A stretch of DNA of 64,000 bases from Octopus sinensis (taxonomy: Eukaryota). The stretch's first letter is position 1; every line of letters begins with the position of its first letter. This document shows positions 1 to 11,416 of the stretch, in pieces. The stretch spans positions 69,502,001-69,566,000 of the forward strand of contig NC_042998.1 of assembly GCF_006345805.1 (NCBI RefSeq), given 5' to 3'. A program made the position numbers and the translations under genes. The notes under the pieces were generated by a model. That model ran no database searches. It was given only the letters and a program-made list of their open reading frames with translations, and was not told the DNA's origin.

Positions 1-770
1 ATGTAGTTTGGATTGCCGGACTGGTCTCCAGCCACGTCTGTGAACACTTCCGGATCGGCATAATTACCATTGCCATCAGTAATCATGTCCGGTTGAGAAT
101 CAATGCTTTCATCGCAAAGATTCTCCGTACTCTTGGGTAAATCCAAGACAGCATAATTAACAGCAGAATCTTGTAGAATGACACAAACATCCATGTCCAA
201 AAGAGGCGTTGTACTGTCTGTAAGTCCAGAATGCATTTGAGGCATGGCATTGATATAGTCATGACTAGTACTGTCTGCGACAGTGGAACCATTTACATAA
301 AGACGCATACCATTGTTGCAACGCATCAAACCATTCTGAGGCAATCGATTTGATATCATCATTCCATTATGATCGGGATTTTCAATCATGGAATTTGGAC
401 GACTATGAAGTCGATTGGTACTGCCAAGGTGACTCTGGTTGGCTCGTTCTTCTTGCCCAGCTCGCTGAATACATTCCTGAACCAAATTGAACAACTCTTC
501 AGCATGCTGACATTTGAAAGCAAATATAGCAGGTCCAGTAGGACAACGTCGACCACTCTCAAATGAAAAGAGTTCTGCATCACAGCCATAGCGTCGCAGA
601 CAACGAACTGGCCATCGAACAGTCTCTTTACCTTTTTGGTATAAGATCAAATCCTGTTCCCCCACTTCTATCTTGCCAGCATTCAGCTCAAGTCCATTGT
701 CGTCAACATTGTAGACACGGAAAACACGTCTGGTGGGGTTTATATCCCTGCGAGAATATATACACCCCAT
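1..770 (-). CDS. FRS2: Fibroblast growth factor receptor substrate 2/3-like adaptor (N-terminal 256 codons; continues beyond window start)
   Basis: Hand translation from ATG at 770: MGCIYSRRDINPTRRVFRVYNVDDNGLELNAGKIEVGEQDLILYQKGKETVRWPVRCLRRYGCDAELFSFESGRRCPTGPAIFAFKCQHAEELFNLVQECIQ... This matches the FRS2/FRS3 IRS-type PTB signature (LRRYG.D..LFSFESGRRC.TG..IFAFKC..AEELFN). No stop codon down to position 1. An in-frame TAA lies 6 nt upstream of the ATG. Tyr motifs: YVN (Y158), YIN (Y172), VNYAVLDL (Y206). FRS2 versus FRS3 cannot be resolved. Confidence 0.95.
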   Translation of the reverse strand, partial: MGCIYSRRDINPTRRVFRVYNVDDNGLELNAGKIEVGEQDLILYQKGKETVRWPVRCLRRYGCDAELFSFESGRRCPTGPAIFAFKCQHAEELFNLVQECIQRAGQEERANQSHLGSTNRLHSRPNSMIENPDHNGMMISNRLPQNGLMRCNNGMRLYVNGSTVADSTSHDYINAMPQMHSGLTDSTTPLLDMDVCVILQDSAVNYAVLDLPKSTENLCDESIDSQPDMITDGNGNYADPEVFTDVAGDQSGNPNY

Positions 771-810
771 ATTGGTTTATGTTTCTCCCCCACCGCCCTT
801 CTCAAATGTT
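771..810 (-). other. 5' UTR part of the FRS2 coding exon; splice acceptor at 811-813
   Basis: Minus strand reads ctcttttttttttttttcag|aacatttgag, a strong polypyrimidine tract plus CAG, 40 nt before the ATG. Confidence 0.85.
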
Positions 811-1202
811 CTGAAAAAAAAAAAAAGAGAAAAATATTATAGATCAACTGCTTGATAATAATATTCAAATATTTTACAGCAATATCAGTAAAAAAAGGAA
901 AAACAAAAAAAAAAACAGACAATATAAGAGAGATATAATTTGAATAAAATGGGTGCAGGAAAGGCTGTATGCTTAAGCTTGCTTCCCAACCACATGGTTG
1001 CAGGTTGAGTCTTATTGCATAGCACCTTAGGCAAGTGCCTTCTATTATAGCCAGTGACCAATTAAGCCTTGTGAGTGGATTTGGTAGACATGGAAACAAA
1101 AAATGCTGTGTTGAGCCTGGTGCAGCCATCTGGTTCACCAGTCCTCAGTCGAACCGTTCAACCCATGCCAGCATGGAAAGCAGAAGTTAAACGATGATGA
1201 TA

Positions 1203-1234
<32 letters not shown>

Positions 1235-1582
1235 GCCCAGTCAAACTGTCCAACCCATGCCAGCATGGACAATGGATGTATGATGATGATGATATATATA
1301 TATATATACATACATACATTAATAAAGCATAATATTCATTATATACATACTAGCATATTAATGATAGAAAATTGCACATCAACACAATGGGGAAAACCAT
1401 TAATAAATGTTACCAGTCTAGTAAATGTACATACACAGAATTGAAGTACTTGAAGAATCAGATACAATTGTAACATCTCCGTTGAAAAAATATCCCACAT
1501 AATGTATATTCGTGTGTGTGTGTGTATATGCAGATATATATACACACACATATGTACATATTTATGCCACCACGATGTATAC

Positions 1583-1619
<37 letters not shown>

Positions 1620-1717
1620 TGGATAGATACATACATATATATATATACTTATTTTATTGGCCTATCTTCCCTCACTCTCTCTCTCTATATATATAGGTGT
1701 GTATGTATGTTTATATA

Positions 1718-2908
1718 CAGGGTGTGAGAGGTATTTGAGGACAATTCGTTTTTAGTTCATTACACCTTCAAATTATTTAGTGTATCATTTTTTTTATTTA
1801 TTCAGATAACCATTTCAAGATATCATGCTAACTCAAGAAATGAAAAAACCTGCAGTCATAGTTGCTATACATGCATACCACAGTGATTTAGAAATTAGCA
1901 ACTTTCTAAATGTTGCAAGATTATTCGTATACAAAGTTCGGTTGGAATTGAAGGCATGTGATGGTAATGTTTCACCTGCATCAAAGAGAAAAAAACATTC
2001 ATAATGCTCAGACACTAAAACGACACCAGAATTTATACTTGTTCAAAACGTTATCGATGAAAACCCCACAAGATCAATGAGGTCCATTGCTAAAGAACTT
2101 CAGGTGTCAGAGTGGACTATCAGAACTATGGTACATCATGACATTTGATACAAGCCCCATGTAATGAGGAAAGGCCAATTCCTGTCTGCAAAGACACAGG
2201 AAAACTGTCTCATCCGTTCAAAACAGTCACTTAACAAACTGAAAAACCCTCGTGAACAGGGCAAAAAAACTTTGACCAGGATCAAAAGTCTAACAGAAGA
2301 AATGACATGCAGTTATGTGCAGACCCTTCTGATATACCCAAAGTGATGCCCATGAAATTTCCCCACTTTTTTCCACAGGGTCTTAGAGTTAATGCTGCTG
2401 GATACATTGAGGTACTGGAAACTGTTATCAAGCCCTGGATTGATGAAGTATGCAATGGAAGGCCATATGTGTTTCAACAAGACTCAGCACCTTCTCACAA
2501 AGCCCTAGTCACCCAAGAATGGTTGTCAGACAATCTTTATGATTATGTAACACACAATATGTGGCCTCCAAACTCACCAGATTTGAACCCCATAGACTAC
2601 TATGTGCGGAGCACTGTTGAAAGAGCAACTAATCATCATCCTCATAATACTATAGCTTCACTGAAGGCCACCGTTGTGCAGGTGATATCCGAAATGAATA
2701 AGGACCATATGGTGCCAGCATGCCAGTGGTTTTGGTCCCATATTGAAGCAGTCATCGAAGCTGAAGGTAGTTTCACAGAATAATTTGCTTAGAAAAACAT
2801 TATCAAGACTAACTGCACAAATGTTTATTCAAATACATATTTATTTATTCTGAAATATATTTCTTTCATTGTATACCAAAACTGTCCTCAAATACCCCTC
2901 ACACCCTG
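1718..2908 (+). mobile_element. Tc1/mariner superfamily transposon, maT (DD37D) type, defective
   Basis: About 29-bp TIRs: CAGGGTGTGAGAGGTATTTGAGGACAATT, with the reverse complement at 2880-2908. TA on the left flank, TG on the right. The transposase remnant has 37 residues between QQD and the D of SPDLNPID. Confidence 0.9.
1825..2783 (+). pseudogene. Disrupted maT transposase
   Basis: MLTQEMKKPAVIVAI... then a stop, frameshifts and internal deletions (the FSDE region with the first catalytic Asp appears lost). The C-terminal ORF 2307-2783 has VFQQDSAPSH and WPPNSPDLNPIDY. Confidence 0.85.
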
Positions 2909-2926
2909 TGTATATACACACTTAAG

Positions 2927-2968
<42 letters not shown>

Positions 2969-3040
2969 TATATATAAATTAGTAATGCAATACTACAGTA
3001 TTGCTTTCCAGTAAAGAATAGCCCGTGAGGGAAAAATACA

Positions 3041-3222
3041 CAAAGTAGTAAATATATGGCACAACAAAGTACCGATATTTACTGGAAATAGCGAACGTAA
3101 TAATACGACGCTAATGTATTGCTAATACATACGCGATGAAGCTATACATTAGCGTCGTATTATTACGTTCGCTATTTCCAGTAAATATCGGTACTTCGTT
3201 GTGCCATATATTTACTACTTTG
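3041..3222. repeat. Fold-back inverted repeat (79-bp arms, 24-nt loop) in a (TA)n-flanked element
   Basis: 3041-3119 is the reverse complement of 3144-3222 with one visible mismatch. Confidence 0.9.
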
Positions 3223-3689
3223 TATATATATATATATATATATATATGCATACCTATTTGTGTATATTTATGCATGTGCATGCACATGCATGTGTGAATG
3301 TGTGCACATGTATGTTTGTTTACATGTTTTAGATCGATGAAATTATTTTATTGTAATTAACATATATGCCCCTTTGTGTGTGTGTGCCTGTGAAATTGAT
3401 AAAATATAATTTATGATAAAAATTTTATTTTATTTTCATTAAAATACTGGTGAATTCAGAGCTCACTACACTTCACCTGCAGTTAGCTACGTCTGACTGT
3501 CACTCACTGCCACTCCATTTGTTGTTTTACTCTTCTTTACCTAGTGTCTTCAGAGCAAAGCCTTTAAATGTTGTTCTGCTTTAGCATCTCTCACTGCCAC
3601 ACACTCCTACTCCATCTGTTGTTTTACTCAGCTTTGCCAACAGCATGACAGACAGGGACACACTTTGCATTTTATTAAATATATATATA

Positions 3690-3930
3690 TAAGGATCTTT
3701 TCACTTTGACTGGCAGATTTTTAAAATATTTTCTTTGTAACTAAACAGTTTTAAACTTCGTATACTGGTAGAATGTGTTACATAAAACATTTTTTTCTCT
3801 TGGCTTTCTTGAGAAAATTCTGTAGTTTGTAAGCTATTTCTTGTTAAATTTCTTGCATTTCGGCAATTTCAACCAATCAATGACATCTATTGAGGTGAAT
3901 ACAATTTCTGCTGTTCTTTATCAAACAATC
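3690..3930. repeat. Dispersed repeat, probably a DNA-transposon fragment; second copy at about 62735-62945
   Basis: Shared sequence ...taaacttcgtatactggtagaatgtgt...tttcaaccaa(t/c)caatgaca at both loci. Confidence 0.6.
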
Positions 3931-4509
3931 ACACAATTCTGAATATTTCACTTTGCTATGGTAGGGGACCATTCTGGGGTTTTTTTAAATGATACATTTT
4001 TATATGTAGGTCAGTGTACAAAATTAAATATAGATAAATAGACTGTGGGGTTTTTTAAAAACTTTTTTTTTTACTTTGAATTAGGCAAAACATGAAATGT
4101 CAAACTACAGAAAAGGAAACAGTACGGCTTACATAAAGGGAGTTAACTCTTTAAACCTACTCGATATTTTGACAACTGTCTATTTTATCAGATGTTGAAT
4201 AACATCGATATTTATATTTAAAAAAAAAATAAAAAGCACTGCAAGGAATATACTGGTTTTAGTAAACAGAAAGTCATAGATTTAACTCATTGCACAAGTG
4301 CCGACAGAGACCATAGGTAGAGCCATTTCTTCCAGATTACATTAATAAAACAAACCAAATTGCAAATAAAAATGAAATTTATTAAAATTGAGTAATTTGA
4401 TAAGAATTTATAATAGATACCCTACAGCTACTACAATTGAGTAATTTGATAAGAATTCATAATAGATACCCTACAGCTACTACAACTGGAAGGCACAGTT
4501 GCATAAATT

Positions 4510-4742
4510 TATTTCTTTATTGCCCACAGGGGGCTAAATATAGAGGGGACAAACAAGTACAGACAAAGAGATTAAATCGATTACATCAACTCCAGTGCGT
4601 AACTGGTACTTAATTTATCGACCCCGAAAGGATGAAATGCAAAGTCGACCTTGGCGGATTTTGAACTCAGAGCGTAACGGCAGACGAAATACCGCTAAAC
4701 ATTTCGCCTGGCGTGCTAACGATTCTGCCAGCTCACCGCCTT
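4510..4742 (-). mobile_element. tRNA-derived SINE with Nin/Deu-type central domain
   Basis: Head ggcgg..agctggcagaa(a/t)cgttagcacgcc, B box gagttcaaa, central gcctttcatcctttcggggtcgataaattaagtaccag resembling the Deu/Nin domain. Further copies at about 10885-11108(+), 18205-18440(-), 42870-43040(-), 58779-58990(+) and 61540-61700(-). Confidence 0.75.
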
Positions 4743-6263
4743 AAATTAACAGATTTAATTCGTAAATCATAATCTAGTTTACAAGTATGAATTTTTTTAT
4801 GAATATTTAATTTTTTAACTCAAAGAAGACTAAACTAAATCTGGTCTTAAATTCGAATAGTAAATCAACTAACTAAACTGAACTAACATCTACTTTTCTG
4901 TAGTTTAGCAAAATGTTTTAAAGTAAAAATAGGCTTCAGACAAAAATGTTCTCTGCATAAGAGATAAACGCTTATTTTCACTGATTTGCGAAATACAGTG
5001 ACAAGGATCCATAAGATTTCCTTAAGTCACCCTTACACTTTCTAATTTTCTGTTCCGTTTTCCTCTCCCTCCAACAACAAAACAGCAAGCAGTCATCATC
5101 TAGAATTATCTCCCTTGGTTAAACTGCTTGCGGAGCGATGTCAGGGGAGAGAACTGTAAGCGCTTCCTATTGTGGCAATGAATAAACTGATATGATAGAT
5201 CTCACGCTCTTTAAATATATAATATATAGAAACATTTGTTATATATATATATATATATTATTACTATTATTAATATTTAGAAGCAACAGAGTGACTCAAG
5301 AACCGAGAGTTTCATGCGTTAGCGCATACATAATTACACACATGAAGGGCTTCTTTCAATTTCTATCTACCAAATCCACTTGATCGATCCAGGTGATGCT
5401 TTAATCGATCCACTAGAAGACACTTGTCCAAGGTGCCATACAGTGAGACTGAACCTGAAACCATATGGTTGGGAAACAAACTTCTCAACCACACGGGCTT
5501 TAACAAATTGTAGCAAAAGAGAGAAATCACAACTTTAATGGTTGGCATCAAAAAAAAGAAAAAATCTTGACCCGAAAAGGGACTGACTCAGTCCCGTCCA
5601 ATCCATAGCCATATAGGAAAGTGGACATAATGACAACAACAATGACAATAAATTGCATGGCTTTTCATAAGTAAAATTGTTCATTAATGAGAGAGCCATG
5701 AACTGCCGCGAAGGAAATATCCATTTTCTACAAGAAATAAATTGAAATAACTTTCTTATAACTTTATTTTTTCCCTGGCCCATGGTAAATATGGGTCAAG
5801 TACTTCTAAAGTTGGTAATTATTATGACTAAACAACCTGTGGTAATAAACTCTACAGCTTGGATTACAGTGGGTGGGGTTGATAGCATCATTGAAAGCCA
5901 AGTATGTTTTCCAGGAACTCAGTGGCAATGTTTGTTACTAAATACAAACCATCACCACTTTAGTAGGTAGACATAACCAGCTGTGAGTCTTAAGCGGTGA
6001 GCAGTAAATATATCATCGTTGTTTCAACGTTTACTTTTCTAAACTTGCATGGGTCAGATGAAATTTCATGAGAAAGATTTTTTACGGCCAGATGCCCTTC
6101 CTGTCACCAACCCTTACTCTTTCCAAGCAGGGTATTTTTTTCCCTGGCCAGACATGTTACCAGAGAATATGGCAAAAACAAACACCACCGTTTGAATGAT
6201 GGTGATGCTTATTTACAACTAAACCACAATTCCAAGACCAGGAGACACACACTCAAACACACA

Positions 6264-6302
<39 letters not shown>

Positions 6303-7283
6303 GAGGATTGTGTATCAGAAGCTTGCTTCCCAACCATGGGTCTGAGTTCAGTCCCACTGTATAGCACTTAGCACAAGTGTCTTCTACTTTAGCCTCCAGC
6401 CGACCAAAGCCTTGTGAGTGGATTCAGTAGATGGAAACTGAAAGAAGCCTGCTGTGTGTGTGTGTGTGTGATCCCTGTCTTGGCATCACCTGATGATTGT
6501 AAATAAGCAACAGCATCAAAAAAATAACGTTGTTTGTTTTCAGTCTTCCCTGGAAGCCCTGTCTCACCATCTGATCATGGGAAAATATCCCGTTACTTGG
6601 AAACATGTGAGGGTTGATGACAGGAAAGGCATCCAGCCATAGAAAATTTGCCTCAACAAATTCTGTCTGATCCAAGCAAACATGGAAAAGCGAACATTAA
6701 ATGATGATGATGACATATAAGATGGGCTTCTTTCAAGTTTAGTCCATTAAATACACTCACAAGGCTTTGGTTGGCCCAAGGCTACAGTAGAAGACACTTA
6801 CCCAAGGTGCCATGCAGTGGAACTGAACCCCAAACTATGTGGTCAGGAAACAAACTTTTTCCCAATCAAAATATAGGTACTAAACTGCTATTTTAGTTCT
6901 TTATTTACCGCTTATTCCATGAAAGAAGGACCATTCCTATAACTTTTAAATAATCATGAAAAAACGTTAAGCAGTACTCACTTTATATTGAAATAACCAC
7001 ATCATCTGGCACTTTGGATGTTTGGATGGCAGTTGTGGAATCTCCCTTAGGCTTTCAGTTATCATCAGACAAACACTTGATAAAAAAGAAAACAAAGAAT
7101 TACTAATCTAGTCATTAAATGGAGACTCTTGAAGCAAATATGGCCAAAAGTTACCTGTAGACTTGCTATCAATGATAGATGTGCCAACAACTACAAAGTA
7201 ACTATCTATTCCGCTCTTTCACCAAATTAGAGGCCTTAATATCAAGCAAGATATTAAATATTTATGCTTAGAATAAAGATGAA

Positions 7284-7612
7284 GTACATTATTTACATTT
7301 GAAGGATACTTGTCCTCATCTTGTTTGTTGTTAACACAATGTTTCAGCTGATATACCCTCCAGCCTTCTTCAGGTGTCTTGGGGAAATTTTGAACCTGGG
7401 TTCTCATTCCTAAGGTATTTTTCAATGATGTTGTTATTATTATTATTAGGTTATTATTATTATTATTATTATTAGGTTATTATTATTATTAATATCATTA
7501 GGTTATTATTATTATTATTATTCAGGTTACTGCTTGGAATCAAACTTAGAATTTAGGGGTTAGAAGCCCGTGCTCTTAACCACTACACCATATGCCTGTG
7601 GGCATATGGCAT
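7284..7612 (-). mobile_element. tRNA-head / (AAT)n / hammerhead-tail element, copy 1, followed by the start of an inverted head
   Basis: Minus strand: A-box- and B-box-like head, AAT tract, then GACAC-CTGAAGA-A-GGCTG..CAGCT-GAAAC-ATT-GTGTT (7333-7378). Confidence 0.75.
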
Positions 7613-10600
7613 ATTGAGAAATATATAAAATAAGTAACTTAACAATGTATCTTGAAGCAAATACAACTTTAATGGTTTTTTGTAATAAATTAGGCTAAAA
7701 TTCCTTGGAAGAAAACTGGCCAAAAGCTACCTTGCAAGATCCAAACCATGCATCTTCTGTAATATGATAGATGTGTTATCAATTGCACCTAAGTAATCTT
7801 TTGTTTCATTTCCATCAAATTGAAAGGCTTTAATCGTACAAGATGGTGAGTGAGTGTTTACATTTAGAATATAAATGTAGAAGCGTTGAGAAATATGTAA
7901 ATAAATGTTTTAATGATTGCTGGGACAGGTTTGCTAATAAAAACTCATGAAGAAGGTGGAAAATGAACAAAAATGGATGACAAATAATTTCAATGAGTGG
8001 CAAGATTCTGTGCTGAAATAAAACCTATCCAACTCATGCAAACATGTAAAAACAGACCCCAAGAATAATCAGAATGACAACAACTGTAATAATGATGGTA
8101 CGGCCCAAGTGTCAAAACCACAGTGATATTTGTTTAGGCAGCTGATGATGGGAATGCACATGTTATGCTTGATCATGAATTTCTTATATTTTAGCCATAT
8201 TATTCTGGGTTGTCCATTCTTGTAAAGCAGAAAGTGTTTGTGGATTCAAAATCTGTGGTGATCGCTTACTTTGGTATTGTTTGATTTTCTTCATAGATAA
8301 CCTAATTAGGCTTGGACAATGCTTAGGTATTGGTCTCTAGTTTTAGTGGATTCTGTGGCATGATCATGATCATCATTGTTTAACGTCCGCTTTGACTGAG
8401 AACTGGCAAGCCAGGAAGCTGCACCAGGCTCCAATCTGATTTAGCAAGAATATAGTGGATGCTTTCATAAGCTTTTTTAAACAGGCCAATTATGTGACAC
8501 TGGCATTGGCCATGACTACAATCTTATATACACACACACACACACACAGCTGTTACAAGTGGTACAAGCTACCAAGTTATGATTTCATAGCTTGTTCTAT
8601 GCTTTCATTGTTTTAGAAAACCACTTAGTCATGAATAGACACAGTGACTTTGTTGTCACTCCTATTGTTATCCCAACAGGGCTTGATTATGTGACAGCTG
8701 GAAGAAGAGAGAGGACAGCACCAGCTCTACTAGAGTGGTTCTTGTTTACACTTGAATAGACTATAGCAATGTGAAATTAAAGGTCTTGTTGAAGGAGACA
8801 ATTCAACTCCTAGAAAAGTATGTTATGATGATGAGCTTAACACACTAACCACACACATACACACATATCCTATGATAAATTTGTGTGATGTTTCTCTGTC
8901 CGTTACATATGTTAACTCCTAGACCATTGGTGCAAGGACATCGAAACTCAAACCAGCAACTACCCTAATCCCAGGGAATGTCCTAAGGAGGCCTATGTTT
9001 TAAGGGCTGCCTAATTGGGGTCCCACTGACCCCACTATTTTTACTGCATTTTAACTTTTAAACTAGATACGTGGCATTGGCAACTAAATCGGAGCAATGA
9101 CAATGAATTTCATACCATGAACTCCAAGGGAGTATCGTAAGGAGGCTCCACTGACTCCCCTATTTTTACTGCATTTACCTCGCTCCTATGCTTATTGATT
9201 AAACTATAATCAGCATCAGTGCTTAGCACATTTGCACCCGTCAGGCAACATTCAATCTAGTTTATTCAAAATTGCTAACACTCCAATTCTACCCTAAACT
9301 TCTCACTTACATTCACTCATTCAGGTAACAATATAATGAACGAACCGGTTAATGGTCCCAGACTATGGTTAGACCTTATCTTTCATTGGTCAGACAGTAC
9401 TGTTTAAGGTGTGGGATTGGAGAATGCAACAGTAAAGACTAGCAGACTGGCGCTAGTAGAAGTGGATCTCCACAGAAACAGTCAAGTTCTTTGTCATTGG
9501 TGAAATTAGTTAGGGGAGGTTGAACATACCATGTAGTGGTAGGTGTTGTTACATTGACATGGCAGATAAGCTGTTGCCAATGTTCTGTATAGGAGACTTG
9601 TGTGCAAGTGGTGCCAATCAAAAGTATCACATCATAAATGTTAGTAGGTTTCAGGGGCCATCAGGCATGAAATGCACTGTTTCAGGGCCTTTCTCTCAAT
9701 GGCTTTACAGCACACCACACCACCCACTGATGTGAAGCCCCACCAACTGGATCGACTGACCATCAGATCATCAGCACCATTTGAACAGTGAGAAAGCAGA
9801 CATTAAACGACGACGACATATATATAGATGCAGTTTTTGAGTATTTAAAGAATTAGTGGTTGTATGAATTCAAAACCTTTAAACTTGCAGAAACATGCAA
9901 CTCAAATTTCTTTATAAAAGTTACAAGGCCTCCCCAGTTTATAACACTGAGAAAATGAGATTGTCTAACGTCTGCGCTTCCTCCATGAAATGAAATAATT
10001 ATTAGTCTAATATTGTCAAGGTAAAGACCTTTTGATCCAGTTAAGCAATTTGGGCCAAGATGGAAAAGAATGCTGATGATAGAATTGGAAGTGCACTGTG
10101 ACCAGCAGTGTATAACAGTATCTGATGGTCTGGTTGATACTGTAGTGATACTGGGAATACAGGGTGCAGCAGAAGTAACACCTTTTTATTTATTTTTTAT
10201 TGTACAAAAAATTTTTTCTAAAAGTATTGTACAAAAATTTATTACAGTAGTTAAAGAAATGAAAAAAAAAATAATGAAAATAAATTGCAGTAGTTTTAAT
10301 AAAATTAACTAAGTATTGCTGTATCAAAATAATCTAATTCATTATGATAAAAAATTTAATTAACATGTTCAAAATGCTCCCTTTCATTTTCAGTCAATGC
10401 CGAACCCTACCAGCAACACTTCTAAAAAACCTTTTGAGGTATTTCCACGTTAATTGCAAAAAAATTATCAGAAATTGTTTGTTTTAATTCCTGAATTGTT
10501 TTCAGTTTGAGAGAGTAAACAAGATCTTTCAATACACCCATAAGAAAAAGTCAGGTGGTGTTAAGTCTGATGATTATCATGACCATCCACATTGTCCTAT

Positions 10601-10708
10601 CCACCTCAAAATTAAGATTTAACCATTTCTGAATGTTTTACCCATAGTGAGGTGGGGCACCATCCTGTTGAAAGTAGAAAACTATAAATATTATACAAAT
10701 AAGAAAGG

Positions 10709-11416
10709 CAATTCTATATTTAAGAGATGAGGAATTATTTACATTTGACGGATATTTGTCCTCATCTTGTTTGTTGTTAACACAACGTTTCAGCTGATAT
10801 ACCCTCTGGACTTCATCAGGTGTCTTGGGGAAATTTTGAACCTAAGTTCTCATTCCTAAGGTATTTTTCAATGTTATTATTAGCAGAATTGGCAGAAACG
10901 TTAGTACACCAGGCAAAATGCTTAATGGTATTCTGTCTGCCGTTACGTTCTGAGTTCAAATTCCACCAAGGTTGACTTTGCCTTTCATCTTTTTGAGGTT
11001 GATTAAATAAGTACCAGTTAAGCACTGGGGTCAATGTAATCGACTTAATCCCTTTGGCTGTCCTTGTTTATTCCCTCTATGTTTAGCCACTTGTGGGCAA
11101 TAAAGAAAAAATTTATTATTATCATTATTCAGGTCACTGCCTGGAATGAAACTCGGAATCTTGGGGTTAGTAGCCCGCGCTCTTAACCACTATGCCATAT
11201 GGCATATTGCATAGTGGTTAAGCACACGGGCTACTAACCCCAAGATTCTGAGTTTGATTCCAGGCAGTGACCTGAATAATAATAACATCGGAAAAATATC
11301 TTAAAATATCCAGGTTCGAAATTCCCCCCGGACACCTGAAGAAGGGTGGAAGGTATATCAGCTGAAACGTGTTAATAACAAACAAGATGAGGACAAATAC
11401 CCATCTAATGTAAATA
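10709..11416. mobile_element. Head-to-head inverted dimer of the tRNA-head / hammerhead element (copies 2 and 3); left copy interrupted by a Nin-type SINE
   Basis: Symmetry centre at about 11200 (ccatatgg). Hammerhead-like motifs at 10779-10824 (-) and 11331-11373 (+). Confidence 0.8.

Noticed and set aside
3131-3160. GCGATGA-A-GCTA-tacat-TAGC hammerhead-like half
   Set aside because: The core starts GC rather than CU and no GAAA follows.
8900-9800. GC-richer unique-looking segment with a short direct repeat (ccactgac..tatttttactgcattt at about 9025 and 9145) and small ORFs
   Set aside because: No recognisable protein or RNA motif and no paired splice signals.
11201-11272. tRNA gene with an ACT anticodon
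   Set aside because: Acceptor, anticodon and T stems do not pair properly, and it is always fused to the AAT/hammerhead tail, so it is treated as a SINE-like head.
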